The notes beneath the pieces are model-generated. The model was not told the DNA's origin and did not search any database. It was given only the letters and a program-made list of their open reading frames with translations. From Promethearchaeia archaeon (GTDB lineage: Archaea > Asgardarchaeota > Lokiarchaeia > Sigyniarchaeales > SOKP01), in NCBI GenBank assembly GCA_029856145.1, contig JAHQWK010000025.1, positions 1-64,000 of the forward strand: DNA of 64,000 bases, written 5' to 3'. Positions within the stretch are counted from its first letter, which is position 1; each line of letters begins with the position of its first letter. Position numbers and translations under genes: made by a program. Positions 38,170-47,284 of this stretch are shown in pieces.

Positions 38170-39768
38170 TTAATTTCCTCCTTTAGTTAATTCTTTAATC
38201 ATAAGTTCTATAAATGGATTAAAATATTCTTTTTCTTTCATAATCACTCCTTCTAATCCCTTTCCCCCATCTATTGGTCTTTTAATGCTTGCAAAGATTC
38301 CTTTCTCAATTGTTTTAAACAATCCTTCCTTATCAATTTCTTTTAATAAATCGTAAGCTTTATTGAGTACTCCATTCACTCTCTTTTCCATTATTCCTCC
38401 TTCTTTAAAACTTATCTCATCACTAAAAGCTCTCATATTCTTGAAAATATAGCGTGCATTTTCTATTGATAAAGCTCTATCTGACATGAATGGAGTATGA
38501 ATTGCTTCTGTTAACATACCAAGTAGATGGATTCTTTGATTAGTCATTATTGTAATAATATTAAATAAAGCATCCTGAATATGCCCTTTGAATATATTTC
38601 CAGTCATATACTTTGTAGGCGGCATATATTTAAGAGGCGCATCAGGAAATATCTCTCGTGCCATTTGAGCTTGAGCAAGTTCATATAAAAATCCATTTTC
38701 TAAGTTGGGATCCATTTCAAACGCATGTCCTAAGCCCATTTGCTCTTCTCTAAGGCCTGCAACTAGAGCAAATTGTTCATTAATAAATTGTGATGCTAGT
38801 ACTGTATGGGCAGCTTTATAAGCTTCAGCAGTAGTTAGATAATTATCCTCTCCAGTATTAATTATCACACCTGCATAAGCGTTTATCATTCTTGAAAAAT
38901 ACTGATCAATAATAGTCCTTTTCATATTGATATCCCGAAATAAAATACCATAAAGGGCATCATTGAGCATTACATCAAGTCTTTCAAAAGCCCCCATAGC
39001 AGCAATTTCGGGCATACATAAACCAGAACAATAATTTGTTAATCGTATGTATCGTCCTAATTCTTCACTTACTTTATCTAAAGCCTTTCTCATAAGACGA
39101 AAATTTTCTTGAGTAGCATAAGTCCCCCCATATCCTTCAGTTGTTGCACCATATGGTACATAATCAAGCAAGCTTTGTACAGTGGATCTTATAACTGCAA
39201 TTATATCGGCACCTTGTCGAGCAGCTGCTTGAGCTTGAATAATATCTTCATAAATATTACCTGTAGCGACGATAACATAAATTAAAGGTCCTTCTTTGTC
39301 ACCATATTTATTAAGAAATTCACCTCTCTTCTTTTTATTTTGAGAGATTTTTACTAAGCTTTCTTGAGCAATGATATTTACTGTTGCTTTAATTTCAGAA
39401 AGATCTTTTAAGGGCAATTCTGTTAAATTTAATTCATCTTTAGCGACTTTTTCTGCGATTTCTTGAGGTGAAAGACTAGTGTGTAATATAGCATTGCCAA
39501 TATAAATAGCAGCTCCAATTCCAAGCCCATTACCCTTATTTATATTATCTATAACAATGTTAGGTAATGGAACTTCAAATTCATTCACTCCATCTATCCC
39601 TAATAATCTACAAACAGTTCTTTCAATTGTAGTTGTTGTATTTTTATCAATAAAATTTTGAGTCTCTATTGCAATATTCTTTGCTGTTTTCCTAGCCTTC
39701 TCTACTAGAGAAAAATCTATATTTAATTTACTTTTTAATTTTTTTTCGCTTGTCATCAAAATATTCAC
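38170..39768 (-). CDS. kamD: Lysine 5,6-aminomutase alpha subunit
   Basis: YVIVATGNIYED, QSLLDYVPYGAT, NYCSGLCMPEIA, KYMPPTK, GMLTEAIHTP. Confidence 0.95.
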   Translation of the reverse strand: MNILMTSEKKLKSKLNIDFSLVEKARKTAKNIAIETQNFIDKNTTTTIERTVCRLLGIDGVNEFEVPLPNIVIDNINKGNGLGIGAAIYIGNAILHTSLSPQEIAEKVAKDELNLTELPLKDLSEIKATVNIIAQESLVKISQNKKKRGEFLNKYGDKEGPLIYVIVATGNIYEDIIQAQAAARQGADIIAVIRSTVQSLLDYVPYGATTEGYGGTYATQENFRLMRKALDKVSEELGRYIRLTNYCSGLCMPEIAAMGAFERLDVMLNDALYGILFRDINMKRTIIDQYFSRMINAYAGVIINTGEDNYLTTAEAYKAAHTVLASQFINEQFALVAGLREEQMGLGHAFEMDPNLENGFLYELAQAQMAREIFPDAPLKYMPPTKYMTGNIFKGHIQDALFNIITIMTNQRIHLLGMLTEAIHTPFMSDRALSIENARYIFKNMRAFSDEISFKEGGIMEKRVNGVLNKAYDLLKEIDKEGLFKTIEKGIFASIKRPIDGGKGLEGVIMKEKEYFNPFIELMIKELTKGGN

Positions 39769-39803
39769 TTAGCTTATTAAAAATTTGAACGATTTTAATT
39801 TTT

Positions 39804-40829
39804 TTAGTTATTAACTCCAAGATCATAAATTGGAATCTTGATTTCTTGTTTTAATAAATTTAGAAATTTATCCTTATTAAATTCATATCCATAAGGCGAT
39901 GTTGGATTTATTGATACAGCAATTATTTTGATGGGGTTTATTACCTTTAAAATTCCTCCTTTTTTCTGGAATTTCTTCATAATCATCTCGCTTAGAAATA
40001 GTTTTGTTCCATCTTCAACCAAAAATATAATTCCTCTATATTTATCAGTGGTTCTCATTAAATCAGTTAAAAATTTATCTGTCAATGCTCCATTTATTAC
40101 AACGTATTTAGTTTCGTGATCTAACGCTTGGGCAATTTCTTCAGCGGAATCCAACGATGTTAATACATCTAATGTTTTAACAGAATTATCTGAATTGATT
40201 ATTCCTACTTTTGCTTTTTTTAATATTTTTTTAATTATCGTTAAAATTTCGTTATTTTCTTCATTTTCTAACGTCATTAAATTAATTGTATGACGTGTCA
40301 AATCGACCACTTCTTTTATATTTCTTGATACAGAAGCACCAGTCGAAAGTATAGTTGCTTCTGATATTAAAGGAGTGGCATATGCACGTCTATCAAACGC
40401 ACCGTCTATTAATATAATCTTGCATCCTAGTTGTTTCAAATCTAAACAGATTTGATACAAATATGTATTAATAGAGGGTCCAGCCAATTCAATTAATCCA
40501 TTGCCTAAAGCTTCTAAGATTAAAACTTCTCCTAAAGGTGTGTTTATTCCTGTATTTTTAATAATTTGCATTGGAATTGTGCTTTTTTTATAACATTCTT
40601 CGGCAGTTGCAATAATTGTTCCTTTTTCTATAAATATCCTTGGTTTTGGTAATTCAGTTATGACATCATATTTCTCTCCATCTCGCCCTATGGAGGTAAG
40701 ACCAAGTTTAACTTTCCCTTTTAAATTTTTAATTAAATAATTTAAGGTAGTAGTTTTGCTAACATTTTTAGCTAAACCAATAATTGTGATTATCTTAAAA
40801 TTAAGAATATTATTTATGATATCAGACAT
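39804..40829 (-). CDS. kamB: KamB-like accessory protein (P-loop-like)
   Basis: GLAKNVSKTT, LTSIGRDGE, IDGAFDR, STGA, INPTSP; lies between kamA and kamD. Confidence 0.75.
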   Translation of the reverse strand: MSDIINNILNFKIITIIGLAKNVSKTTTLNYLIKNLKGKVKLGLTSIGRDGEKYDVITELPKPRIFIEKGTIIATAEECYKKSTIPMQIIKNTGINTPLGEVLILEALGNGLIELAGPSINTYLYQICLDLKQLGCKIILIDGAFDRRAYATPLISEATILSTGASVSRNIKEVVDLTRHTINLMTLENEENNEILTIIKKILKKAKVGIINSDNSVKTLDVLTSLDSAEEIAQALDHETKYVVINGALTDKFLTDLMRTTDKYRGIIFLVEDGTKLFLSEMIMKKFQKKGGILKVINPIKIIAVSINPTSPYGYEFNKDKFLNLLKQEIKIPIYDLGVNN

Positions 40830-40859
40830 AACTCGTATTAAAAATGAATCTTTGAGTTC

Positions 40860-42110
40860 TTATTTGCTGAGTTTATGTTTCCTCTGATTTCTTTCTAAAT
40901 CTCCTGGTTCTATAGTAACTTTTTGTCCTGCTAAGAGACTTGCTACTCCAATCAATTTATCTTCTTCCTTGCAGTGGCATTCTGGAATGTAATCTACTGG
41001 TTCTTCATATGTCGTTATAACCCCCTCATAATTTCTAAGTACTACTCGGTGGTGTCCTTGAGAGATTGTGTAATCAGGCATAACAGGAATTTTCCCTCCC
41101 CCTCCTGGTGCATCAACGACATAGATAGGAACACATAATCCTGATGTATGCCCTCTTAATCCTTCTATAATCTGAATTCCTTGAGCTATGGTTGTTCTAA
41201 AGTGTTCTAGACCTAATGAAAGATCACATTGATAGATATAATAAGGTCTAACCCTTATTTTGACAAGTTCTTGAACTAGATTTTTCATTATATGAATACA
41301 GTCATTTACACCACGTAATAGAACAGATTGATTACCAAGGGGGATTCCCGCATCAGCTAACATTTCACAAGCTCTTTTTGAATCCTCTGTAATTTCATTT
41401 GGGTGATTAAATTGTGTGTTAAACCATATTGGATGATATTTCTTAAGCATGTCACACAACTCTGGAGTTATTCTTTGAGGCATTACGCATGGAGTTCTTG
41501 ACCCTATCCGAATAATTTCTACATGAGGTATTTCTCTAATTTTTTTTATGATGTATTCTAGTTTTTCATTTGACATTAACAAAGCATCTCCTCCAGAGAG
41601 TAGAACATCTCTTATTGCTGGTGTATTCGCTATGTAATTTATTGCTGTATCAATATGATCTTGCGGAGGAGCTTTATCATGATGACCTGCGAATCGCCTT
41701 CTTGTACAATGCCTGCAATACATCGAACATTTCTCAGTTATTAAGAATAATACGCGATCGGGGTATCTATGGGTTAAACCTGGAACTGGAGAATCAACAT
41801 CTTCATGAAGTGGATCAATTAAATCTGAAGTAGCTCTATGTAACTCATAATAAGTAGGTATTGCTTGCTTCCGAATCCCATCATAAGGATCATCTGGATC
41901 AATTAGAGATAAATAATAAGGAGTAATTGCCATACGATATTCCTTTAGGATTCTTGAATCATCTTCTTTTTCAGTTAAATCAATATATTTTTTAAGTTCC
42001 TCTAATGTTGTTATCCTATTTCTAACTTGCCAACGCCAATCATTCCAATCAATATCTTTTATATGACCAAATAATTCGTTTCGCCTATTGACTTTCATAC
42101 TTAAACTCAA
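40860..42110 (-). CDS. kamA: Lysine 2,3-aminomutase (radical SAM, PLP)
   Basis: WNDWRWQ, HRYPDRVL, CSMYCRHCTRRR, NQSVLLRGVND, DAPGGGGKIP. Confidence 0.97.
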   Translation of the reverse strand: MSLSMKVNRRNELFGHIKDIDWNDWRWQVRNRITTLEELKKYIDLTEKEDDSRILKEYRMAITPYYLSLIDPDDPYDGIRKQAIPTYYELHRATSDLIDPLHEDVDSPVPGLTHRYPDRVLFLITEKCSMYCRHCTRRRFAGHHDKAPPQDHIDTAINYIANTPAIRDVLLSGGDALLMSNEKLEYIIKKIREIPHVEIIRIGSRTPCVMPQRITPELCDMLKKYHPIWFNTQFNHPNEITEDSKRACEMLADAGIPLGNQSVLLRGVNDCIHIMKNLVQELVKIRVRPYYIYQCDLSLGLEHFRTTIAQGIQIIEGLRGHTSGLCVPIYVVDAPGGGGKIPVMPDYTISQGHHRVVLRNYEGVITTYEEPVDYIPECHCKEEDKLIGVASLLAGQKVTIEPGDLERNQRKHKLSK

Positions 42111-42330
42111 TGTTATTTATAATTTTTACTTTAACTCAACAATTGATTAAAAATGCGTTTCTTCAAATATTTTATGTAATTTTTCAGACTTTTATAATTA
42201 TCAAAGCAGAGAAGAACATTAGAAAAGGATCATAGAAAATTAATCTTCTTAATTATTGTCTATTTTTAAAAATTGGAAGGAATTAAAATATCATATCATC
42301 TAAATTTTAAATAACTTTAACTTAAATTAA

Positions 42331-42391
42331 GCAAAAGTTTAAATAATATAATTTACGATTATTCGTAAATAATTTTCGATCATTCGTAAAT
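42331..42391 (+). promoter_or_regulatory. BRE/TATA plus two tandem 20-bp palindromic operators upstream of the ZIP-DtxR pair
   Basis: ATTTACGA-ttat-TCGTAAAT at 42351-42370 and ATTTTCGA-tcat-TCGTAAAT at 42372-42391, just after TTTAAATA. Confidence 0.8.
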
Positions 42392-42424
42392 CTTAAGAAA
42401 ATAATCATAGAGGTATATATTTGA

Positions 42425-43183
42425 ATGTTATTTTGGGTTATCTTATTTAGTATTTTAGGAAGTGTAGGTGCAATATTAGCTGCTTCAATTTTTATTCTAA
42501 TAGGTGAAAGGATTCAAAAAAAATTAGTTACAGCATTACTTTCTTTTGCAACAGGAACTTTACTGACAGCTGCATTGATGGGATTGATTCCTGAAGCTAT
42601 TGAGTATGCTGGAGAACCTCATCTAGTAACTATAGTAATTTTAGGAGGGTTAATCTTTTTCTTCTTCTTAGAAAAGTTTCTAATATGGAGAAACTGTCAA
42701 GTCAATGATTGTGAAGTCCATGCTCATGCCCCGGGACCTTTAATATTAGTCGGAGATGCTTTTCATAATTTTACTGATGGAATTGTAATAGCAGCAGCTT
42801 TTCTTACTAATAATTTTGGTATTGGTTTAGCAGTAGGGATTACAATAATCATGCACGAGATTCCTCAGGAAACAGGAGATTTTGCAATATTACTGCATGA
42901 TGGGATGTCAAAGAAAAGAGCACTTCTATATAATTTATTATCAAGTTCAACAACAATCCCCGCTGCCATCATTAGTTATTTTGTTTTGGATGTTTTTGAA
43001 ACAACAATTCCGATATTTTTAGCAATTTCAGCAGCAAGCTTTCTTTATATTGCATTATCAGATCTAACACCTCAACTTCATGAGAAAACAGAAACAAAAG
43101 AAATAATTAAACAATTAGTTTTAGTTGTTATTGGAATACTCGTAATGGTTATTGTTCTATCTATAGGAGGCCATAGTCATTAA
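42425..43183 (+). CDS. ZIP-family metal transporter
   Basis: HNFTDG, HEIPQE.GD, His/Cys loop CQVNDCEVHAH. Confidence 0.92.
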   Translation: MLFWVILFSILGSVGAILAASIFILIGERIQKKLVTALLSFATGTLLTAALMGLIPEAIEYAGEPHLVTIVILGGLIFFFFLEKFLIWRNCQVNDCEVHAHAPGPLILVGDAFHNFTDGIVIAAAFLTNNFGIGLAVGITIIMHEIPQETGDFAILLHDGMSKKRALLYNLLSSSTTIPAAIISYFVLDVFETTIPIFLAISAASFLYIALSDLTPQLHEKTETKEIIKQLVLVVIGILVMVIVLSIGGHSH

Positions 43184-43202
43184 TAATTAACTGCTCTTAA
43201 TC

Positions 43203-43634
43203 ATGTTGGATATAGATTATCAAATTTTGAAGATTATTTATAGAACTAATGGTAAAGCAAGGTTAAAACATATTCAAGAAGAGATTAAAGCAACTAAGGG
43301 TATTAAAATTCCATTATCAACGATTAATAGTTGTATTGAGAGACTTGAGAAAAAAGAATTTGTTGAGTGGGTTAGATATTCTCCCCTCAAATTGACAGAA
43401 CAGGGTTCGGATTTAGCAAAAGAATTAATACGCCATGCGCAATTGCTTGAAGTATTACTATATAATGAATTAGAATTAAGCGCTGAGGAAGCTCACGTAG
43501 AAAGTGAAAAATTTAACTTACTATTCTCCTGTAATACTATCAATAAAATTTGTGAAAAATATAAACACCCATCAGAATGCCCATGTGGAGACACAATCTT
43601 AAGCTCTAACAACTGTTATTGTGAAAATGAGTAA
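43203..43634 (+). CDS. DtxR/MntR-family metal-dependent regulator
   Basis: LTEQG..LA..LIRHAQLLEVLL..EL...EEAH.E, HPSECPCG. Confidence 0.85.
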   Translation: MLDIDYQILKIIYRTNGKARLKHIQEEIKATKGIKIPLSTINSCIERLEKKEFVEWVRYSPLKLTEQGSDLAKELIRHAQLLEVLLYNELELSAEEAHVESEKFNLLFSCNTINKICEKYKHPSECPCGDTILSSNNCYCENE

Positions 43635-43659
43635 AAAAAACCCTAATAGATATTCATTT

Positions 43660-44700
43660 TTATTTGAGATATTTTTCATTGAATATGTTCCGCAATGTTT
43701 CTGATTCTCTTACTAAATCTAAGGCAATTTGAGCATGGTTCTTAGCATACCCACAACCAATTAACATTTTAACATCTTTCCCTATTCCTTCTGCTCCTAA
43801 GGCTGCTTTTGTAAAACTAGTTGCCATAGAAAAGAAATACACGATCCCTTCATTTTTAACTGGAAGTATACTGGACATTTCTGTGCTAGGAATACTCAAA
43901 CAATTTATTGAAATATCCACTTCCTTTCCATCATTCACCATATATACTTTATCTAAAACTTCTACAGGGTTTAATACATTAGTAATAATTATTTCATCAC
44001 AAAATTGAGTACTTTTAAGGAATTTTGCTCGTTTTTCATTTCTTGCTTGTCCGATAACTTTTCCATCCTTTCCAGCCATTTTTTTAGCCATTAATGAACA
44101 CATCAATCCTGATTTTCCTGTAGCCCCTAAAATTAATACACTATTTCCTGGTTTTACTAAATTCTTTACTTGAGCTGGAGCACCTGCTACATCAAGAATG
44201 GCCAATGCCAGAGTGTCCTCCATATCTTCAGGAAGTTTAGCATAAATTCCACTTTCAAAAAGAATTGCTTTTCCCGCAATTTCAACCCTATCAATATCAG
44301 GTTGAATTTTTAGAATTTTATCTATTCTAAGTGGTGTGAGGGAAAGTGAAACAAGTGTTGCGATTTTATCACCAACGGTTAAGTCAATTTTACCTTTTAA
44401 TGCATCACCAATTTCTTCTACATTTCCTATTAGCATTCCACCAGAGCCAGTCACCGGATTTTGCATTTTACCTTTTTCATTAACAATTTGCAGTATTTTT
44501 TCTTTAATTTTTTCAATATCGCCTTTAGCCTCTTCTTTTAGTTGTGTAAAACTGGCTGAATCAATATTTAAATAATCTACATCAATCAAGATTTCATTAT
44601 CATAAAGAGTCATATCGTTTGAAATCTTTATTGCAGGTTGAGGTAAAGCTCCCTTTGGTTCAATAACTCTATGTGTTCCATATCTATTTCCTTTCTTCAT
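43660..44700 (-). CDS. kdd: L-erythro-3,5-diaminohexanoate dehydrogenase
   Basis: YGTHRVIEPKG.LPQPA, NIDSASF, GKMQNPVTGSGGM, TLVSLSLTPL, LDVAGAPAQ, FFSMATSF. Confidence 0.95.
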   Translation of the reverse strand: MKKGNRYGTHRVIEPKGALPQPAIKISNDMTLYDNEILIDVDYLNIDSASFTQLKEEAKGDIEKIKEKILQIVNEKGKMQNPVTGSGGMLIGNVEEIGDALKGKIDLTVGDKIATLVSLSLTPLRIDKILKIQPDIDRVEIAGKAILFESGIYAKLPEDMEDTLALAILDVAGAPAQVKNLVKPGNSVLILGATGKSGLMCSLMAKKMAGKDGKVIGQARNEKRAKFLKSTQFCDEIIITNVLNPVEVLDKVYMVNDGKEVDISINCLSIPSTEMSSILPVKNEGIVYFFSMATSFTKAALGAEGIGKDVKMLIGCGYAKNHAQIALDLVRESETLRNIFNEKYLK

Positions 44701-44708
44701 ATTACATC

Positions 44709-45551
44709 TTATTCATTAATTTTTAGTCCTAGTATATTTCTTGCTTCATGAGGAGAAGCAATTTCTCTTCCTAATTCTTTAGCAATTCTAACTGCTTTTT
44801 CCACTAATTCTCCATTAGATTTTGCTAACACTCCTTTTGATAGATACACGTTATCTTCAAACCCTACTCTCGCATGCCCCCCCATTATAATAGCTAATGT
44901 AACCATTGGAAATTCATACTTTCCAATCGCACCAACACAAAATGTCGAATTTTCAGGAATACTGTTCACTAAAAAATTTAAATCTCTTGTTGAAGCATTT
45001 ATACCACCAATTACTCCTAACATAAAATTAAAGTGCATTGGATCCTTGATATACGCCATATTCCGTAATTTTAAAGCCATATCAACCATTCCCTTATCAA
45101 AACATTCTAACTCATATTTAATTCCACGTTTATTCATTTCCTCAGCAAAATAAATTATTGTATTTTCTGTATTTACAAAAATATCATTACCTCCAAAATT
45201 CATAGTTCCACAATCAAGTGTTGCCATTTCTGGAGGTGGATCTAAATAAATGGGCTGGAGTCTTTCTTCATTAGTCATTCCTACAGCTCCACCAGTTGAA
45301 GGTAATATAATTACATCAGGACATCTTTTTCTAATTTCCCCAATGCAAACTTGAAATCTTTCTTTGTTTTGAGTAGGGGTTCCATCATCTTCTCGGACAT
45401 GTAAATGGATTATGCTAGCTCCCGATTTATAAGCTGATTCTGCTTCTCTTCCTATTTCCTCCACTGTATAAGGAATATTTGGGTTACTTTCTTTTGTAAC
45501 TTCTGCCCCACATATAGCAGCAGTAATAATCAATTTTTCCATTAATTTCAC
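44709..45551 (-). CDS. kce: 3-keto-5-aminohexanoate cleavage enzyme
   Basis: IITAAICGAE, IIHLHVR, STGGAVGM, ATLDCGTMNF, HARVGFEDN. Confidence 0.93.
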   Translation of the reverse strand: MKLMEKLIITAAICGAEVTKESNPNIPYTVEEIGREAESAYKSGASIIHLHVREDDGTPTQNKERFQVCIGEIRKRCPDVIILPSTGGAVGMTNEERLQPIYLDPPPEMATLDCGTMNFGGNDIFVNTENTIIYFAEEMNKRGIKYELECFDKGMVDMALKLRNMAYIKDPMHFNFMLGVIGGINASTRDLNFLVNSIPENSTFCVGAIGKYEFPMVTLAIIMGGHARVGFEDNVYLSKGVLAKSNGELVEKAVRIAKELGREIASPHEARNILGLKINE

Positions 45552-45585
45552 ACAGTATTGTTTATAAAAATAAAACGTGAAAAAA

Positions 45586-46839
45586 TTATAATAACTTCTT
45601 AGCTTTTTTTAAAGCCTCATTTATCATATTTGCTGCAAAATCTAAATCTTCTTCTGAGTGACGATAACAAATATAACCATGATGGTAAGGTTGAAGGAAT
45701 ATTTTTCTTCGAATCAGTTGTCTATAGAATTCGTCTCTAAGTTTCCTATATAGAAAGTCTTTATCCGGAATAAAGGTTATATATGGCATCCAAGGTTCTC
45801 CAGAATAAATACATGGGACACCACTATCTTCAATATACTCTTTAATTCGCTTTGCAAATTGCTTCCCTTTTTGATGTATATTATCTAAAACTTTTTCGCG
45901 TTCTAGTATTTCAATCGTTTTAAGAGATGCGATCTGAGTCAGACTATTAGGGAAAAAGGTTGAACTTAAAAAGACTTTTTCTAATAAAACATCCATAAAT
46001 TCTGCTTTACCAACAAGAGTGCTTATCGGGTATCCATTTCCCATAGCCTTACCAAACGCTGCAAGATCAGGAACAACACCAAACATTTTTTGTGCTCCAC
46101 CCATATCTACTCTAAAACCTGTTCTTATCTCATCATATATTAATAAAGCATTATTATCACTTGCTAATTCACGAAGACCTTCTAGATATCCTGGTTTTGG
46201 CATCTCAACCTCTCGACCGCCAGGAGTATGTATAGGATTTACAATAATAGCAGCAATTTCATCCTTATTTTTTTTAAATAAGATTTCAACTTCTTCTAGA
46301 TTATTAAACTCAAATTCATAAAAATCCTCATATAATTTCTTAGGTATTCCCGCTTCGATTCCATGAACCTCACTGAAGGCGTCATACCAACCATGGTATC
46401 CACAACTAAGAATCTTTATTTTTTTTGTGTATGCTCTAGCAACTCTTATTGCTGCTGTTGTTGCATCCGTTCCCATCTTCATTAATACCATCTTTTCACA
46501 GCAAGGTATCAAATCTCTTATTTTTTTTGCTAGTTTATTTTGAACTTGTTGAGTTAGAGACATACAGAACCCCTTATTACGTATTTGCTCAATAACAGCG
46601 TTATCTATTTCTTCTTCCCTGTGACCAATGATAATTGGGCCGTAAGCGCACAACATATCAATATATTCATTACCATCTACATCAATTACTTTTCCACCTT
46701 TTGCAGATTCAAAGAATATAGGATATTCTCCCTCAACAAAATTATATGGACGTCTTATACCTAAAATTGCTCCTGGAATTACATTCAATGCCTCTTCATA
46801 TAATTTGAACGTATTATTAAGATTTAATTTATCAGACAA
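45586..46839 (-). CDS. kat: 3-aminobutyryl-CoA aminotransferase (class III PLP)
   Basis: GIRRPYNFVEGEYPIF, LCAYGPIIIG, VFLSSTFFPNS and QPYHHGYICYRH, as I recall them from Cloacamonas Kat; directly upstream of kce. Confidence 0.85.
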   Translation of the reverse strand: MSDKLNLNNTFKLYEEALNVIPGAILGIRRPYNFVEGEYPIFFESAKGGKVIDVDGNEYIDMLCAYGPIIIGHREEEIDNAVIEQIRNKGFCMSLTQQVQNKLAKKIRDLIPCCEKMVLMKMGTDATTAAIRVARAYTKKIKILSCGYHGWYDAFSEVHGIEAGIPKKLYEDFYEFEFNNLEEVEILFKKNKDEIAAIIVNPIHTPGGREVEMPKPGYLEGLRELASDNNALLIYDEIRTGFRVDMGGAQKMFGVVPDLAAFGKAMGNGYPISTLVGKAEFMDVLLEKVFLSSTFFPNSLTQIASLKTIEILEREKVLDNIHQKGKQFAKRIKEYIEDSGVPCIYSGEPWMPYITFIPDKDFLYRKLRDEFYRQLIRRKIFLQPYHHGYICYRHSEEDLDFAANMINEALKKAKKLL

Positions 46840-47070
46840 TTTCTCTCTCCATTTTTTCTAATATTATAGCAATTAATTATTAAACATAATTATTGAAGAT
46901 TACTAAACAAAATTTTGTCTTAATTTAATATTCCACAAGATTAAAGTTAGTTTTACTTTTTCTATGAAAACAGATATATTACTCTAATTATAATCCATAA
47001 GAGATTCATTTTTGTTTTAATAATATTTTGGTGTCAATAAGAAAAGTAAATCGTAAAGTGTTGGAAAAAA

Positions 47071-47244
47071 ATGTCAAATAAACTAGTATGTAGTATATGT
47101 GGCTCTGAAAAAGAGGTTCCCGTTTGTTGTGAGAAATCAATGATGGTGAATGATGGATATTTACTTTGCTGCTGTTCAAAAGAATGCGGATACCAACCTA
47201 TTCCTGAATGTTGTGGAAAAAAAATGGAATATATGAAATATTAG
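47071..47244 (+). CDS. Small Cys-rich protein with tandem desulforedoxin-like motifs (missed by the ORF track)
   Basis: MSNKLVCSICGSEKEVPVCCEKSMMVNDGYLLCCCSKECGYQPIPECCGKKMEYMKY*: 57 aa, 10 Cys. Confidence 0.8.
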   Translation: MSNKLVCSICGSEKEVPVCCEKSMMVNDGYLLCCCSKECGYQPIPECCGKKMEYMKY

Positions 47245-47284
47245 ATAAATAATAAAAAAGAAATAAGGATAAAAATAAGTGATT

